DNA of 48,659 nucleotides, counting the filler, from Sphacelaria rigidula (lineage: Eukaryota), in assembly GCA_964200075.2 (NCBI GenBank). It is 3 parts of 3 records of this genome, joined end to end, with 100 filler letters (N's around TTAATTAATTAA, not from the genome) between each part and the next. Parts side by side here need not be neighbours in the genome. Positions count along the whole stretch, not along the records: positions 1 to 16,156 come from CAXNAA020001459.1; positions 16,257 to 32,408 come from CAXNAA020001460.1; 1 more part is not named here. One strand, given 5' to 3'. The notes under the pieces are model-generated. The model was given only the letters and a program-made list of their open reading frames with translations, was not told the DNA's origin and made no database searches. The translations under genes and the position numbers were made by a program. Below are positions 12,701 through 22,861 of the stretch, piece by piece (within the stretch, counting starts at the first letter, position 1; each line of letters opens with the position of its first letter).

Positions 12701-14282
12701 ATAGATGTTCGCGCTATATCGTCCTCTCTAAACATTCAATATATACTCAACTTACATCAGCTGAATATCTCAGCGGCAAGCTCTCGTAAGTGTTAACTTG
12801 AAAGATCTCCACTTGTGACATCGCCTATGCTGTTTCAAATGCTCTTATCATAGTGGCAGGTAGGTCTTGAAAAGCCTCGTGATTCTCCGGGATCGATCCA
12901 CCATTCGAAAAATGTACGTGTACACATGTGGACATTGTTTTTCTGTACTTGCGTCGAACCTTTCCACTTTTTTCGACAAGTTGCACTGATTCGTCTTGAA
13001 AATTACGTTCAGCCACACGTCGGTGATGTTTTTGCCTTTGCCGTGTTCTTTGCTCGCAGGTAAGCCTCGGAGACTTCAGGAGAGGGTGGGAACAGATGGG
13101 TAGCAAGGCGGAAGTGCTGGAGAAATTCGCTCTGGGGTTCAAAAAGCTGGACGAGGCTGTGGCGGCGGTGGAGGACTTCCTTGGCATGCAGACTTGCGAT
13201 GGCACGGGAAGGTGTGAAAATGGAAGTTGTTGGTTTCGGAAGTTAATCGTTTCTTTTTGTATCCTGGAACGATCACGTTTAGGCCTTTGTACTCTACAGT
13301 GCCTCGGTTCCTGTCAGTCGAATGGGTGGCATACCCTCCGTGGTCACTCCAGACGATTGATGAAGTAGGTCTGGAGCAAGAGGGCGAATCTGGTATGTAT
13401 GTCGAGCTGTCGTTGACATTCTCGTACATCGACCGCCAAAAACGTGACGCAGTTAGTTGTCTCGACATGGAGCCGTTCTCGTGTCGCAGACGTTTTCGCG
13501 CAACCCAAAATTATTCGCTTTAACCTCGTTTTGTTCACATTGACACGTGACTCCCCGTTTCCATATCGGCGATGCCTGCTTGTGTTGCGCGTGTGCCGCT
13601 TTTGGTTGTTCTTGCTCATACCGTGTTTGCTGTAGCGTACCATCGGGAAAGAGAGAGCACGCGTTGCACCTGTGCGGTATTTTTATCGGCAATGTGCCTG
13701 TTCTGGTGAGGGCGCAGCTCAACGTCGACCCGAACGCCGGCTGCATTCTCAAGGTAAATATGGGGCAGTAGGAGCAACCTAACAGCTGCTTATATCGTGG
13801 TTGCTGGCGAAACGGTATACCAGTACCACATGTGGGAAATACCGCTACATTGCGAGTGTTCGTCTCCGCTGACAAATCATCTGCTGAAGAATGCTTCATA
13901 AGGCGAAATCTTCACCTCTGTGGGTTAAATCATGAAATCAACTCGTGGAGAGCTGTGGATTTCCCCCGGAACTTGGGGCGTCTCTCGCATGTATCAAATC
14001 TAACTTTCAGATACCAGCACTCTTCACCGCACTCGGTGGTTTCTGTCGATTGCATACGTCATGATTCACTCCAGGAAGTCACACTCCCGTGAACCCCTCA
14101 CGTGTTGGCGTTGCTCTCTCTCTCTGTCTCTCTCGTCGCCCTACTAATCGTGGTGGTCTTAATTTTGGCTTCGTCTGTCTTGCCTCGCTCGATGTGCCGC
14201 TCCGTATCCGCTGCATGCTCAGATTGCTGTACGTAGCGACCAGCCGGACATCAGCCGGGTGGTGGCGGACTGCATCCAGTAG
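588..14282 (+). CDS. COPG: Coatomer subunit gamma, 3' part, spliced: join(588-729,1415-1555,3189-3328,4395-4527,5504-5643,6813-6940,8279-8397,9036-9191,10145-10324,11093-11203,13060-13211,13636-13753,14223-14282); 5' exons lie outside the window
   Basis: Joined exons give conserved gamma-COP peptides: [104 protein letters not shown]-terminal IAVRSD..TAG. All intron phases match across 13 exons. Confidence 0.96.
1415..1555 (+). CDS. COPG: COPG internal exon
   Basis: acag|CTG TGC...ACC AAG|gtgac; [47 protein letters not shown]. Confidence 0.95.
1986..2361 (-). mobile_element. tRNA-derived SINE, family A copy
   Basis: Full-length homology to 23578-24043; head CCGGTCGCCCCCGTGGCT with B-box GGGTTCAAATC on the minus strand; (CA)n-like tail. 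Confidence 0.75.
3189..3328 (+). CDS. COPG: COPG internal exon
   Basis: atag|GAA ATG...AAC AG|gtaggt; [47 protein letters not shown]. Confidence 0.95.
4395..4527 (+). CDS. COPG: COPG internal exon
   Basis: acag|G GTC ATC...GAT GAG|gtgatt; [44 protein letters not shown]. Confidence 0.95.
5504..5643 (+). CDS. COPG: COPG internal exon (trunk-appendage linker; alternative internal donor after 5590)
   Basis: tgtag|GTT CGC GAC CGA GCG (VRDRAT)...TCC AG|gtgagc; phase 2 matches the next exon. Confidence 0.85.
6813..6940 (+). CDS. COPG: COPG internal exon
   Basis: cgcag|T TCG GCG CAC...GTT G|gtgagt; [42 protein letters not shown]. Confidence 0.88.
8279..8397 (+). CDS. COPG: COPG internal exon
   Basis: cacag|TT GAA GAG...TAC AAG|gtatta; [12 protein letters not shown]...[11 protein letters not shown]; phases fit both neighbours. 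Confidence 0.85.
9036..9191 (+). CDS. COPG: COPG internal exon (appendage domain)
   Basis: ttcag|GTG CCC GAG...GAG CAG|gtatgt; [52 protein letters not shown]. Confidence 0.95.
10145..10324 (+). CDS. COPG: COPG internal exon
   Basis: ttag|ATG CTG CGT AAC...TTC CAG|gtgagc; [11 protein letters not shown]...SFTCELKFQ. Confidence 0.92.
11093..11203 (+). CDS. COPG: COPG internal exon ending at a GC donor
   Basis: acag|GCT TTG GAT GTC GAC CCT...GCT AAG|gcatgt; [37 protein letters not shown]. Confidence 0.88.
11514..11824 (-). mobile_element. ~300-bp SINE-like element (family C) sharing the LINE 3' end
   Basis: Colinear with 29781-30086 and 43419-43670; begins ATGGTGAGAC and ends ...GGTCAATGGTC..ATGACTATGGCATGC..TGAGTAC plus a C-run. 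Confidence 0.65.
11826..12340 (+). mobile_element. 5'-truncated, degenerate LINE ORF2 C-terminus with C-rich tail
   Basis: One frame reads [58 protein letters not shown]...SVWKK...[18 protein letters not shown]. The Cys/His motif followed by Y..ER resembles non-LTR ORF2 C-termini. Three internal stops; 3' end repeated elsewhere in the window. Confidence 0.7.
12495..12580 (-). repeat. Possible second tRNA-like SINE head
   Basis: Minus strand has A-box-like TGGTCTAATGA and B-box-like GGGATCGATTCC; single copy in the window, no cloverleaf. Confidence 0.3.
13060..13211 (+). CDS. COPG: COPG internal exon
   Basis: cgcag|GTA AGC CTC...GGA AG|gtgtga; [50 protein letters not shown]. Confidence 0.92.
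13636..13753 (+). CDS. COPG: COPG internal exon
   Basis: tgtag|C GTA CCA...CTC AAG|gtaaat; [39 protein letters not shown]. Confidence 0.92.
14223..14282 (+). CDS. COPG: COPG terminal coding exon
   Basis: ctcag|ATT GCT GTA CGT AGC GAC...[25 protein letters not shown]. Confidence 0.92.
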   Translation: MAVRSDQPDISRVVADCIQ

Positions 14283-14516
14283 AAACGGGAGGGCTGTGGT
14301 CGTGTTCAAGTAGAGCATTCTGTTCATGACGTATCCACCAGTCGGGTGTACCGCTATCAACAGTACCTGCGCTCGTGACATTTATTTTCCCGTATCCAGG
14401 CCACCCTTTGTTTTATGGCATGTGACCATTGACGTATTTCACTGGGTATTTTGCATGCTGTTTGCGCTCGAAGGCTGCCATTGACGCTTCAATAGTCAAG
14501 ATTGCACTGGCCCGCT

Positions 14517-14549
14517 TCTGTTGCTGCTGCTGCTACTGCTGCTGCTGCC
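14517..14549. repeat. (GCT)n microsatellite in the probable COPG 3' UTR
   Basis: ctgttgctgctgctgctactgctgctgctgcc. Confidence 0.8.
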
Positions 14550-16156
14550 GACAAATGGAAATCTCGTGACTCCGCAAATACAAGTATGCGAGCATGTTCC
14601 TCCCGGAGACTGCGAAACGGCAGTCGGGCTCATGTGTTTGTAGTAGCGAAAACACAGTTCGGGGTTTACCGATGCTCTGACCCTGCAACAGTAGGTGTTG
14701 TCTCGGTCGTGGTTAATTGGCCCCGGAGATGGCCGCAATAGCAAAGCCGAGTAAATACTATAGCTATGCTCAGGATCTCTCGTGTGTGGCGTAGCTGGCG
14801 TCACTTGTTGGTGACGTACATGTACCCGCGGTTGACTTGAGGCCCGTTTTTATGTATTTGGTCATCACTTTTGTGGTTGGTGTTGATGAAATAACCTCTT
14901 TACACATGATTTTCGCTGGAGCCGAAGATTTTTTTTTCTCAACGTCTCACAGGGCAGCATTCTGCGCGCTCTCGAGTTCTCAGAGGTCATCATTCGGTTC
15001 ACTTGAAGTAGAGCACATTCGGTGTTTCGTCAGAGATCTTCGTTCATTTTTTGTTGCCTTGCGTGCGGGGCCCTCTGTCCGGACACGTCATTCGCTGCTC
15101 ACGTGATGAAGGCTCTCTCTTCACTGCTCATTCTCCTCTCACTCACGCACTGCAACACCGAAACACTGCAATCTGAACACGTATTCTATGTTGTGTACTG
15201 ACCTGAGTCACGTCGCGATACCCCTCCCCCCCTCCCCTCCCGAAACAAGCTCCAAAACCCCTCCGAAGAGTATAGCCATGCTGTACAGCGCATGAGAGCT
15301 GGTTTATGTGGGCGACAACGAAAACAAGCACAAGCATGAGAGATCCTAGCTGCTCGGTGTGCTCGACTTGTGTCATTTTTACATATACGCACAAATGCTG
15401 CCTCCTCAGACCAGCCATGTTTCTTTGGGGGGAGGGGGGGAAAAGCTATCGCGGCATCACTCTCCAAAATATATTCGCTTCAAAAGCACAGTATTTTGTG
15501 TAGTTTCGAGAACCGAACTGTTTTGTTTTCATACAGTAGCTGTTCCGAATCTGCGTTCATAATAACATGTTACCGTGTGTGACCTCTCGGCATACGCTCT
15601 GCAGACGGAGGTCAGTAAAGTAGAGCAGCGAAAGCTCCAGATTGCAGCTGATGCACCCCTCTGCACCACGGTAGCAACAGTCAGATCACTGATCCTTGGC
15701 TCAGGCACAGAGTAATGGTTTTAGATCTTTTGTTGAGGAGCACCAAAGTTCTACTGTAACTTGGGAGAGTGCTGGTGAGATGGAGGGTAGCTGAAAGAGA
15801 GTGGGCAAGGGTGGCGGGCTGCTCCGCTGCTCTCAGCCGTTCCAATTTCACACAGTGAAGTTGGTTTCTGCGGCGGGTAAGAAATCGACGATGAGATTTT
15901 TTGCCTCTTGGTTCTTGCGATATTTTGTTTGCGTCGTGGTTCCTGCGTCGTAGTTCTTGCGATATTTTTCTTGGTAGATTTTTCCAGTCTAAAACCCTTA
16001 TCGATTTCGTTTTTTTCGGGATAACTTCGTCAAATAAACACCAAACGCATCCTGCTCCAAGGGGCACCTGGACACAGCAATTGCCGCTGCCTACCTAGTA
16101 TCATCCTCCAAATCGAAGTCTTGAGTGAGAAGCCCAGCGTTTCGTGCCCATGTACA

Positions 16157-16256
16157 NNNNNNNNNNNNNNNNNNNNNNNNNNNNNNNNNNNNNNNNNNNN
16201 TTAATTAATTAANNNNNNNNNNNNNNNNNNNNNNNNNNNNNNNNNNNNNNNNNNNN
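16157..16256. other. Artificial contig-joining spacer N44-TTAATTAATTAA-N44
   Basis: Exactly 100 nt, identical to 32409-32508; TTAATTAATTAA puts stops in all six frames. Confidence 0.97.
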
Positions 16257-16320
16257 ACTCATTTGTTGCTTGCCTTAGTCGTGTGACCATTGACCACGCA
16301 TCCCTTTCGAGACGGAGCAA
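16257..16320 (-). mobile_element. LINE 3'-end fragment abutting the gap
   Basis: actcatttgttgcttgccttagtcgtgtgaccattgaccacgcatccctttcgagacggagc is near-identical to 109-170. Confidence 0.7.
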
Positions 16321-18889
16321 CAGCATGGAGGGGGGGCAACACAGCGTCTATCAAGTGCCAGCTTGTTCGTTTTCGGGGGGTGCATTTACTATATCCGACA
16401 CGGTATGCAACCTCGAATCACAAGATGAGATTCAATGGAAGCACTTGGAATCCATCTCTGAGGGGCGGGGGGAAAGATAAAGGCGCCAAAGTACGTTGCC
16501 GCCAACCCGAACAACCACCCCACAATCCCACCACCCAAGCTGCGAGTCATGTGTGCCCTTCAGCGCTCAAGGTTCGGACATCCAATGCGGCCTGCGGCAT
16601 GGCGGTAAGCTATTGTCAGCATCCATGAAACAACGAGTACATTTTAAGGGAAATGCCTTCCCCTTGCTGCCGAAGTGTTCATAATTATCTTATGCGGTAA
16701 GTTCTAATTCGGGGTGAGCCGTTGTGCTGCTCACAGCTATCCACTCACTCTGGCAAATCCCTCACCTGGGATCGGTCGTCGTCATTGTGCAGGGCCATCA
16801 GCCGTGGGCATAGACGCCGCACCGCTTTCCCGAAAGGGTCGAGATCTCGAGCCTCCTTCGCCGCATAGTAGGCATCACCGAACCGTCCCTGTGACATACA
16901 CACACCGTACAAGTATGAATTGCGTTGAATACCTTTAGTTCCTCCAGAGGGCATAATCCCTTTTTCATGTATTCTGGGGTCACCGAGTGCCAAGTGCTCA
17001 CTGTCTCCTACGTCGTTGACATGTGTTTTATTTCACGTATTGGAGAGCGAGTAAGGACATCATTGTCTCAAAAACAGTGCGGTGCGAACGTGAAATATTG
17101 CCCTGTGTTTCAAAGTACTACCGTCTGGAAGAACGCCTCGGCTCGGAGAAGTTGAAGGTGAGCTAAAGTGAAGCTAGCCGGTACTGCAAGCGGGACCTCC
17201 CCGGGTGGCAGGCGTCGCCGCAAATATATCGGCAAATGACGTTCCTGTATGGAATGCATGAGCCAGCGGTGTCGCGGAGGGAAGAATCGAGGGCACGGCG
17301 ATATATCTGTATAATCTGCGCGTCAAAGATAACCTATGGATACTACCTTTTTGAACGGCACATTACCACGAGTGTCTATCGGGGACAGAACAACATTTTA
17401 GAAGTTAACCCTACTTATACTAACAATCAGAGCCATGACACAGTTCTTGGAAAGTCTGCTTAAATCAAGCCATGGCGTCGTCTGGAGCGCTGGAAGGACA
17501 TGAATGTATATATTGTGTGTTGGCTGGGAATGATGTTTCTGTCATCTCAGTTCATAAGTAAATGAGGTTGCTTTCTATTCCAATAAAAAACGCATATGAT
17601 ACATTGTCATGTGGTGCATCCCTCCTTATTCCACATGGGGCATGCGTACAAAGTATGGGTCTTGGCACTTTTCATACCTTTTCTTGCTGCATGAGACCTC
17701 GAGGGAGTCGTCCGACAGCTTTGTCGAGGAAGCTGAGGGCGAGCGCGTGGCGGCCGCCGGTCAGTAGTGCGTCTCCGAATCGAAACCATGTCCCCGAATC
17801 CTAGAGAAGTGATAAAGACGCCAACCGAGGTGCCGTGTGCAGCCCAACGGATCGTGTACTCGAGCATCATGGCGCGCACGGGGAGATCGGGAACTCGTTA
17901 CCTGAGTACTATTACTTTGACTTGAGCGTGCGTCTAGGCTTCTTGCATGCTGCCCTGCCCTGAAAACTGACACAACACGGTCAGCGAACGGGTGACACTC
18001 GATTAGGCAAAGGTGAGATGCCGTCCTTTTCAGCGCCATCCCCGGGGAAGCTGGTACCTCCCGGTTGCTGACAGCCGGCCGGTTGATTCTCGCTCACTCC
18101 ACCCTTGCGGACTCTTCACGTATATTCTCCGGGTATATATCCTCACAGAGCAAGCACACTTCCGAGCAACGACCAAAATGGCGCATCTAGAACGCGTACC
18201 TCATACCAAAATTCGAAAGCGAGAGCTCGGACTGCCGGCTCTTCGGAGACTGCTCTTTTTGCAGAGCCCTCCTTGCCTCTGCTTCGCGGGCGACTGGTTG
18301 CTGGCACGAATATAGAAGAAACAACGTGGTTGACCGCGGGGAGATGGAACGAGGATCGACGCGATTCCAATTGAGCTTCCCGCACAGCATATAGCGAAGA
18401 GCCCTCTGGGGGGCGGAGCGAGTTTCACTCACCCCCTGAGTTTCCGATGAGACTGGTGAACAAGAGCCGATATTACATTACATAGTGTACACATAAACGC
18501 GGTTTCGGCACGCCAGAGATTCAGGGACAACAACGATACTATGGACGGTAAGAGAGCTGCGTTTTGATTCCTGAAATAGAATTATGTTATCGTCCAAACG
18601 TGACTTTCGTTATTTCTGATGCCCTCCAATGGTCCGAAACGTATTGAACTAATTTGAAACAAAGTGCACAGCTACGGTACGATGATGGTCCACCCTGTTT
18701 CGTCAGCCTCACGAGAGAGCTGTAAATCGACGCCCATGGCCACCCTCGCTCGCCGGAGAAAGTGCTCGATTTCATCGCAGCCCGAAGATTTACTGTTCTC
18801 GGCTTTGGTGACGGGGTGTATTCCTGCCAGTTGTGAATTTGTGGAGGAAACCACATCAACATGCAGCGTAGTTCGAAAGAGGAGGTAGA

Positions 18890-19486
18890 TCAGAAACCAT
18901 AGTATCTTCCCGCGACAGACAAGATCATCTCTGTAGGGTGCCTCTTCCGCCTTGCTTTCATATGCTTCCTCACGACTCTGAAATATTGCGCATACGTACC
19001 TATGTCATCTAGGAGTTGGGCTGCGCTGGCGTTCACCCTAGCCTTTGCATCTGGCTTCTTTTCGTCGACCAGAGGACATTCTGGGGTAGAGTGTGCGCCA
19101 GCGTTGCGTGACAAGTCCATATCTCGGCATTCCAGCAGTGTCTTCCAGGCTTGTTTATAGGCCTCCGTAGCCATATGCTCGCGGCTAAGAACGTCGTAAC
19201 ACAGTCCCATCTTAGGTTCGGATGCATGTGTAGCAAGTTGGCATAAGGCTTGGGTTGGGGTCCAGTTCAAGATGGCAATATATGTACGAATTCCTGCATC
19301 CATTTGGCGGGTATCAGGCTCATGCCTTGTTGCTCTGCAAAATCGTCGTAGAACGGCCCCTTGTAGGCACTCCTTGTAACAGCCCTTTCCTCTGCCTGAC
19401 ATGTCAAACCGAGTGTTGATTATTGCGTTCACGTATAACTCTCCGCAAACGAGGTGAAACGGAACCATAGCGGTTGTCGCGTTCAC
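18890..19486 (-). CDS. Probable exon(s) of the minus-strand TPR-like gene
   Basis: Strong acceptor tttctgttttag|GTG AAC opens a 198-codon frame with helical TPR-like MGLCYDVLSREHMATEAYKQAWKTL; the 3' boundary and internal introns are unresolved. Confidence 0.4.
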   Translation of the reverse strand: MNATTAMVPFHLVCGELYVNAIINTRFDMSGRGKGCYKECLQGAVLRRFCRATRHEPDTRQMDAGIRTYIAILNWTPTQALCQLATHASEPKMGLCYDVLSREHMATEAYKQAWKTLLECRDMDLSRNAGAHSTPECPLVDEKKPDAKARVNASAAQLLDDIGTYAQYFRVVRKHMKARRKRHPTEMILSVAGRYYGF

Positions 19487-19566
19487 CTAAAACAGAAATC
19501 GCATTATTTTACTCGGGCCTGTCCAGACACTCGTAGGCAAGAAAATGGGTCAACCTTTGGTGTCAC

Positions 19567-19686
19567 CTGTAAAAAAATACTCGCATTTCCAAGAATCAAG
19601 CCAGCTGCCGGAAGCTCTATCTCTGCGTGATCGTCGCCATCTGAAGTGTTATAGTCACCCACGCCGAGGGGCTCCACCATGAGTTC
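19567..19686 (-). CDS. Probable exon of the TPR-like gene
   Basis: acag|GAA CTC ATG...TTA CAG|gtgaca, 120 nt, phase 0/0, fits the acceptor at 19486. Confidence 0.4.
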
Positions 19687-20986
19687 CTGTTCGGCACACC
19701 CGCATAAGTGGGCCGAACTCCGAAAAATGAAATTGTACAAAGTAATCTAGACCCACAAGCGGAGGCGAATCACAGCCGTGGCCATCCACTTGAGACATAT
19801 ACGTACACTGCGCTCCGGAACCAAGGGCACTACCGCACACAATGCTGTTGACAGCCACATACAATCAGCTACGTGGATATATGGACCCAGCGGACTGAGT
19901 GTCGGATATTGCACACCTTGTAGTAGGGTAGTGCTTCAGACGCCTGGTTCCTGGCCAAAAGAAATTGTGCACACGTTTCCATTGCAAGCGCCGCTTCCTT
20001 CGTTTGCTGCAGCAGAGTTCCGCCCAAGTGAAAATGGCAATAGACCCGCGATAAAAACTCATCACTTGTTCTCTGCCAACGTCTGCACGTTAAACATTAA
20101 CCATGGGGTCACTAAGGGGTGTGCAAATACGAAATGACCGAGATTTTTACGTCGTTTCGCACACCCACGGTTAAGAGTATCAAGATCGACAAACGATCCC
20201 AAGTATCCGCAACACCAAAGTCGCCCGATACATACCGCGAGCAGTCACGTCGCCATCACGCTTATGTCAAGCTGCACCTATTGTCGCCGCAGAGTGGTCT
20301 CGTCGTTCCCAACAAACTACAGCTCTCAAGATGCAGATGCGCCGAGGGGGATGGGCAAATCAACAGTAATTCTAAACTGTCAAGCACGTGATTGATTTGG
20401 CCATATGTCGTTACCAGCGATACTTCGTGCGGGTGTACCTGTACTCCTCACCCGCCATCGCTGAATAACCAAGGCTAGGATAGTTGTGGCTTTCTGAGTC
20501 TCGTTCATCTTCACGTACACCGAAGCAACCTGAACGTATGAGGCCGCAGGTGTGAGAGCAAGGCAAGTGGAAAAACCCTTAAGGCACCTACTTCCACGGG
20601 CACTATGGACTCTTGACCAGTCGGTGACGGTTCATTCCTCTTCATGTAAGTAGCCGACCACTCCTGCTTGCGGCGAGCACATGGGAGAGCATATGCTATA
20701 CAGTGGCACAAGATGCAAGAAACGTCCGCCGCCGGCGGTGACGGCTCTCTACTCTGCTGCCATCACCTTCGACTTCTGAACGATGCTGGCGACCATATCG
20801 CCCAGTGTGGCCACGTACTTTAAACTCGATTATGCGGAGTAGCAAAATCAGAGCGCACAGTCTCATCAGTTCATTTTACTAGTCCATTCCGAATTGGCAA
20901 TAGCTATAGCTTGCCGTCTGGCAACAACTGCTTTCAGGCGCGAATGTTGGACTGTTTCATCCAAAGGGGGTCTTTCTGTCGCTTAC

Positions 20987-21305
20987 CTCTAGGAAATGCA
21001 TCGGTCTAGAATCGACGCGACTAAACTTGAGTGCCTCCCCAAAAGCCTCCACCGCTTTTGTCAGGTATCGCCTTGCGTCATTGGACGGGTCGGCGGCATA
21101 TCGACGAACAAAAATCCGTGCCAGGCGCAGCCACATGCTTCCGTCGTCTGTGTGCCCGAGCTCGAAAGCCCTCGCAATAGAATGTTCTGCTTCTTCGTAT
21201 AGCGCCAGAAAATACTCCAGTTTTGCTGATTTGTACAGCAAATGACCAACAGAGACGGCGAAGATCGATGCGATGACTCTTATCTGGTCAATCGGTTGTA
21301 GTCGA
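20987..21305 (-). CDS. Tetratricopeptide-repeat-like exon of an unnamed gene
   Basis: AKLEYFLALYEEAEHSIARAFELGHTDDGSMWLRLARIF...LTKAVEAFGEALKF fits the TPR pattern; strong donor GAG|gtaagc at 20987; acceptor (cgcag, 21305) less certain. Confidence 0.65.
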
Positions 21306-21460
21306 CTGCGAAGTCAGGTCGGGGGACCTGGTGTTATTGGTGGCAACGTCATCTCTTCCACGATACTATCACGGTACAGTACATCATGATAGTTCGGGAC
21401 AGTATCGATCATAACAGTGCCGTGGAATTTCATAGAACGTCCGTGAGGATAGCGTAGCAC

Positions 21461-21561
21461 CTGCTACAATGCGTGAAACATCCACGAGAGGTCCACCGCG
21501 AACCCAGTTTACCGAAAAACCTTCCGTGCACTCTTTCGTGCAAAATCACCATCGCCATTGT
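21461..21561 (-). CDS. Possible exon 2 of the TPR-like gene
   Basis: ggcag|ACA ATG GCG...AGC AG|gtgct; phases 0/2 bridge the exons at 21858-21992 and 20987-21305. Confidence 0.3.
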
Positions 21562-21857
21562 CTGCCCGCGTGACGAAAAACTGTATCCGCCGTGCCCTGT
21601 ATGTGTGTGCAATGTGCTGTGTATGCTGCGCGCGCGTGTGTTACTTTCATGCTTGCGGTCAGCATCTCATCACAGCATCACTTAACCCAAATGCATACCT
21701 CATAGCTATTATAGCCTGAACTTCTGAAATCATGTCGATGGACCTATCAATACTGCGCGTTGGTATAACAGGGTATACATCTAGGCTGTGTGCGCTGGTC
21801 AATTGTAAAATCTAGGCTTTGCTGTGTTAGACACAGTCAGTCAGTGCAGTTTCGAAC

Positions 21858-21992
21858 CAGTTTCGCGGAAAGCATGCTCGAGCAATGTAGGATCTCACCC
21901 AGTTGTACCGTGCTGTTGATATCATTGGGACGATCGATGAGGCGTTGCCGCAGTTTCTCAAGCTGCAGCTCATCTCGCAGCGTAACACCCAT
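21858..21992 (-). CDS. Possible first coding exon of the TPR-like gene
   Basis: ATG at 21992: MGVTLRDELQLEKLRQRLIDRPNDINSTVQLGEILHCSSMLSAKL|gttcga (an alternative donor G|gtgaga exists inside). Confidence 0.35.
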
Positions 21993-22850
21993 CACAGCTC
22001 TAGATCTAGTGCGTATAGTAGTAGTTGACAGCCGCTCCCCGAAAATATCTGTGTGTACGTTAGGTCGCACCGGATGGACGTAATTATTTCAGAACAGTTT
22101 CTGGTGCATGTGTCAAGTCTTGTTCGTTCGGCGCTGTATTCAATTTTCCCCCACCCTACAGAGTATCGCAAGGAGAGCTGGCGACCTGCATTGATGAATA
22201 CAACAATTCATTTGTGTCCATGCATCAGTCGTATACCTCCCCATGAAGCTTAAACAGCAGAAGCGCATCATGAGTTCTGAACATTAGTCAGTCGAAACTG
22301 GCAAGATCGCGTTGGGCGCGAGGGAGTCCATCGCGGGTACAACATCAGGCTTGAGTCGGCTTGTCTCCATTACATGCTCACTGCCGCCAAACGCAGCGAC
22401 TCATACTCTCATTTTGTGCGTTTCGCATTCATATTTGTATGTTCATCGCCGCTGCAAGACGAACCCTGAACAGCCGAGCACAAACAGCAAAGTTGCGCAC
22501 TATAATGCAAGATATTGGCTCTAAATTATGACTTTGCGCTCAATTATAGAATATGACAAAACGTCTGCGTTTATTTTTCTCCGACCTCGGGAGAGAAATC
22601 CGCAATCATCCCACACGCGGAGCGCAGAGGGGAAACTTGTAGACATCGACGGGCAGAGGGGAAAACACGCTAAGCAGTGCAACTGAAGCTGTGTGTGTGA
22701 CAATCAGTTGGCACCAGAAAATTGGAGTTGCACTGGTCGATCTCTTCCGTCGGACGTGAGATAGATCTGTAGTCGCGGCGAGAAAACGTTTGGCGCGCGT
22801 GGAAGCAGAAGCTAGGAGAGAGGTTGCCAAGGGGGGGTTAGCTAGGCAAC

Positions 22851-22861
22851 ATGGCATCGAG
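22851..22861 (+). CDS. PSMA7: PSMA7 first coding exon (11 coding nt)
   Basis: caac ATG GCA TCG AG|gtgatt; joining cag|G TAC gives MASRYDRAIT. Confidence 0.7.

Noticed and set aside
15890..15975. Direct repeat GTTCTTGCGATATTTT x2 as a CRISPR-like array
   Set aside because: Only two short copies, eukaryotic context and no cas genes; probably internal to a repeat element.
16201..16212. TTAATTAATTAA as a regulatory palindrome or piggyBac site (also at 32453)
   Set aside because: It is centred in identical N44 flanks, so it is an assembly linker.
17600..18860. Further exons of the TPR-like gene
   Set aside because: Several splice-like sites and coding-like frames exist (e.g. EEPAVRALAFEFWYE|gt), but no phase-consistent chain could be established.
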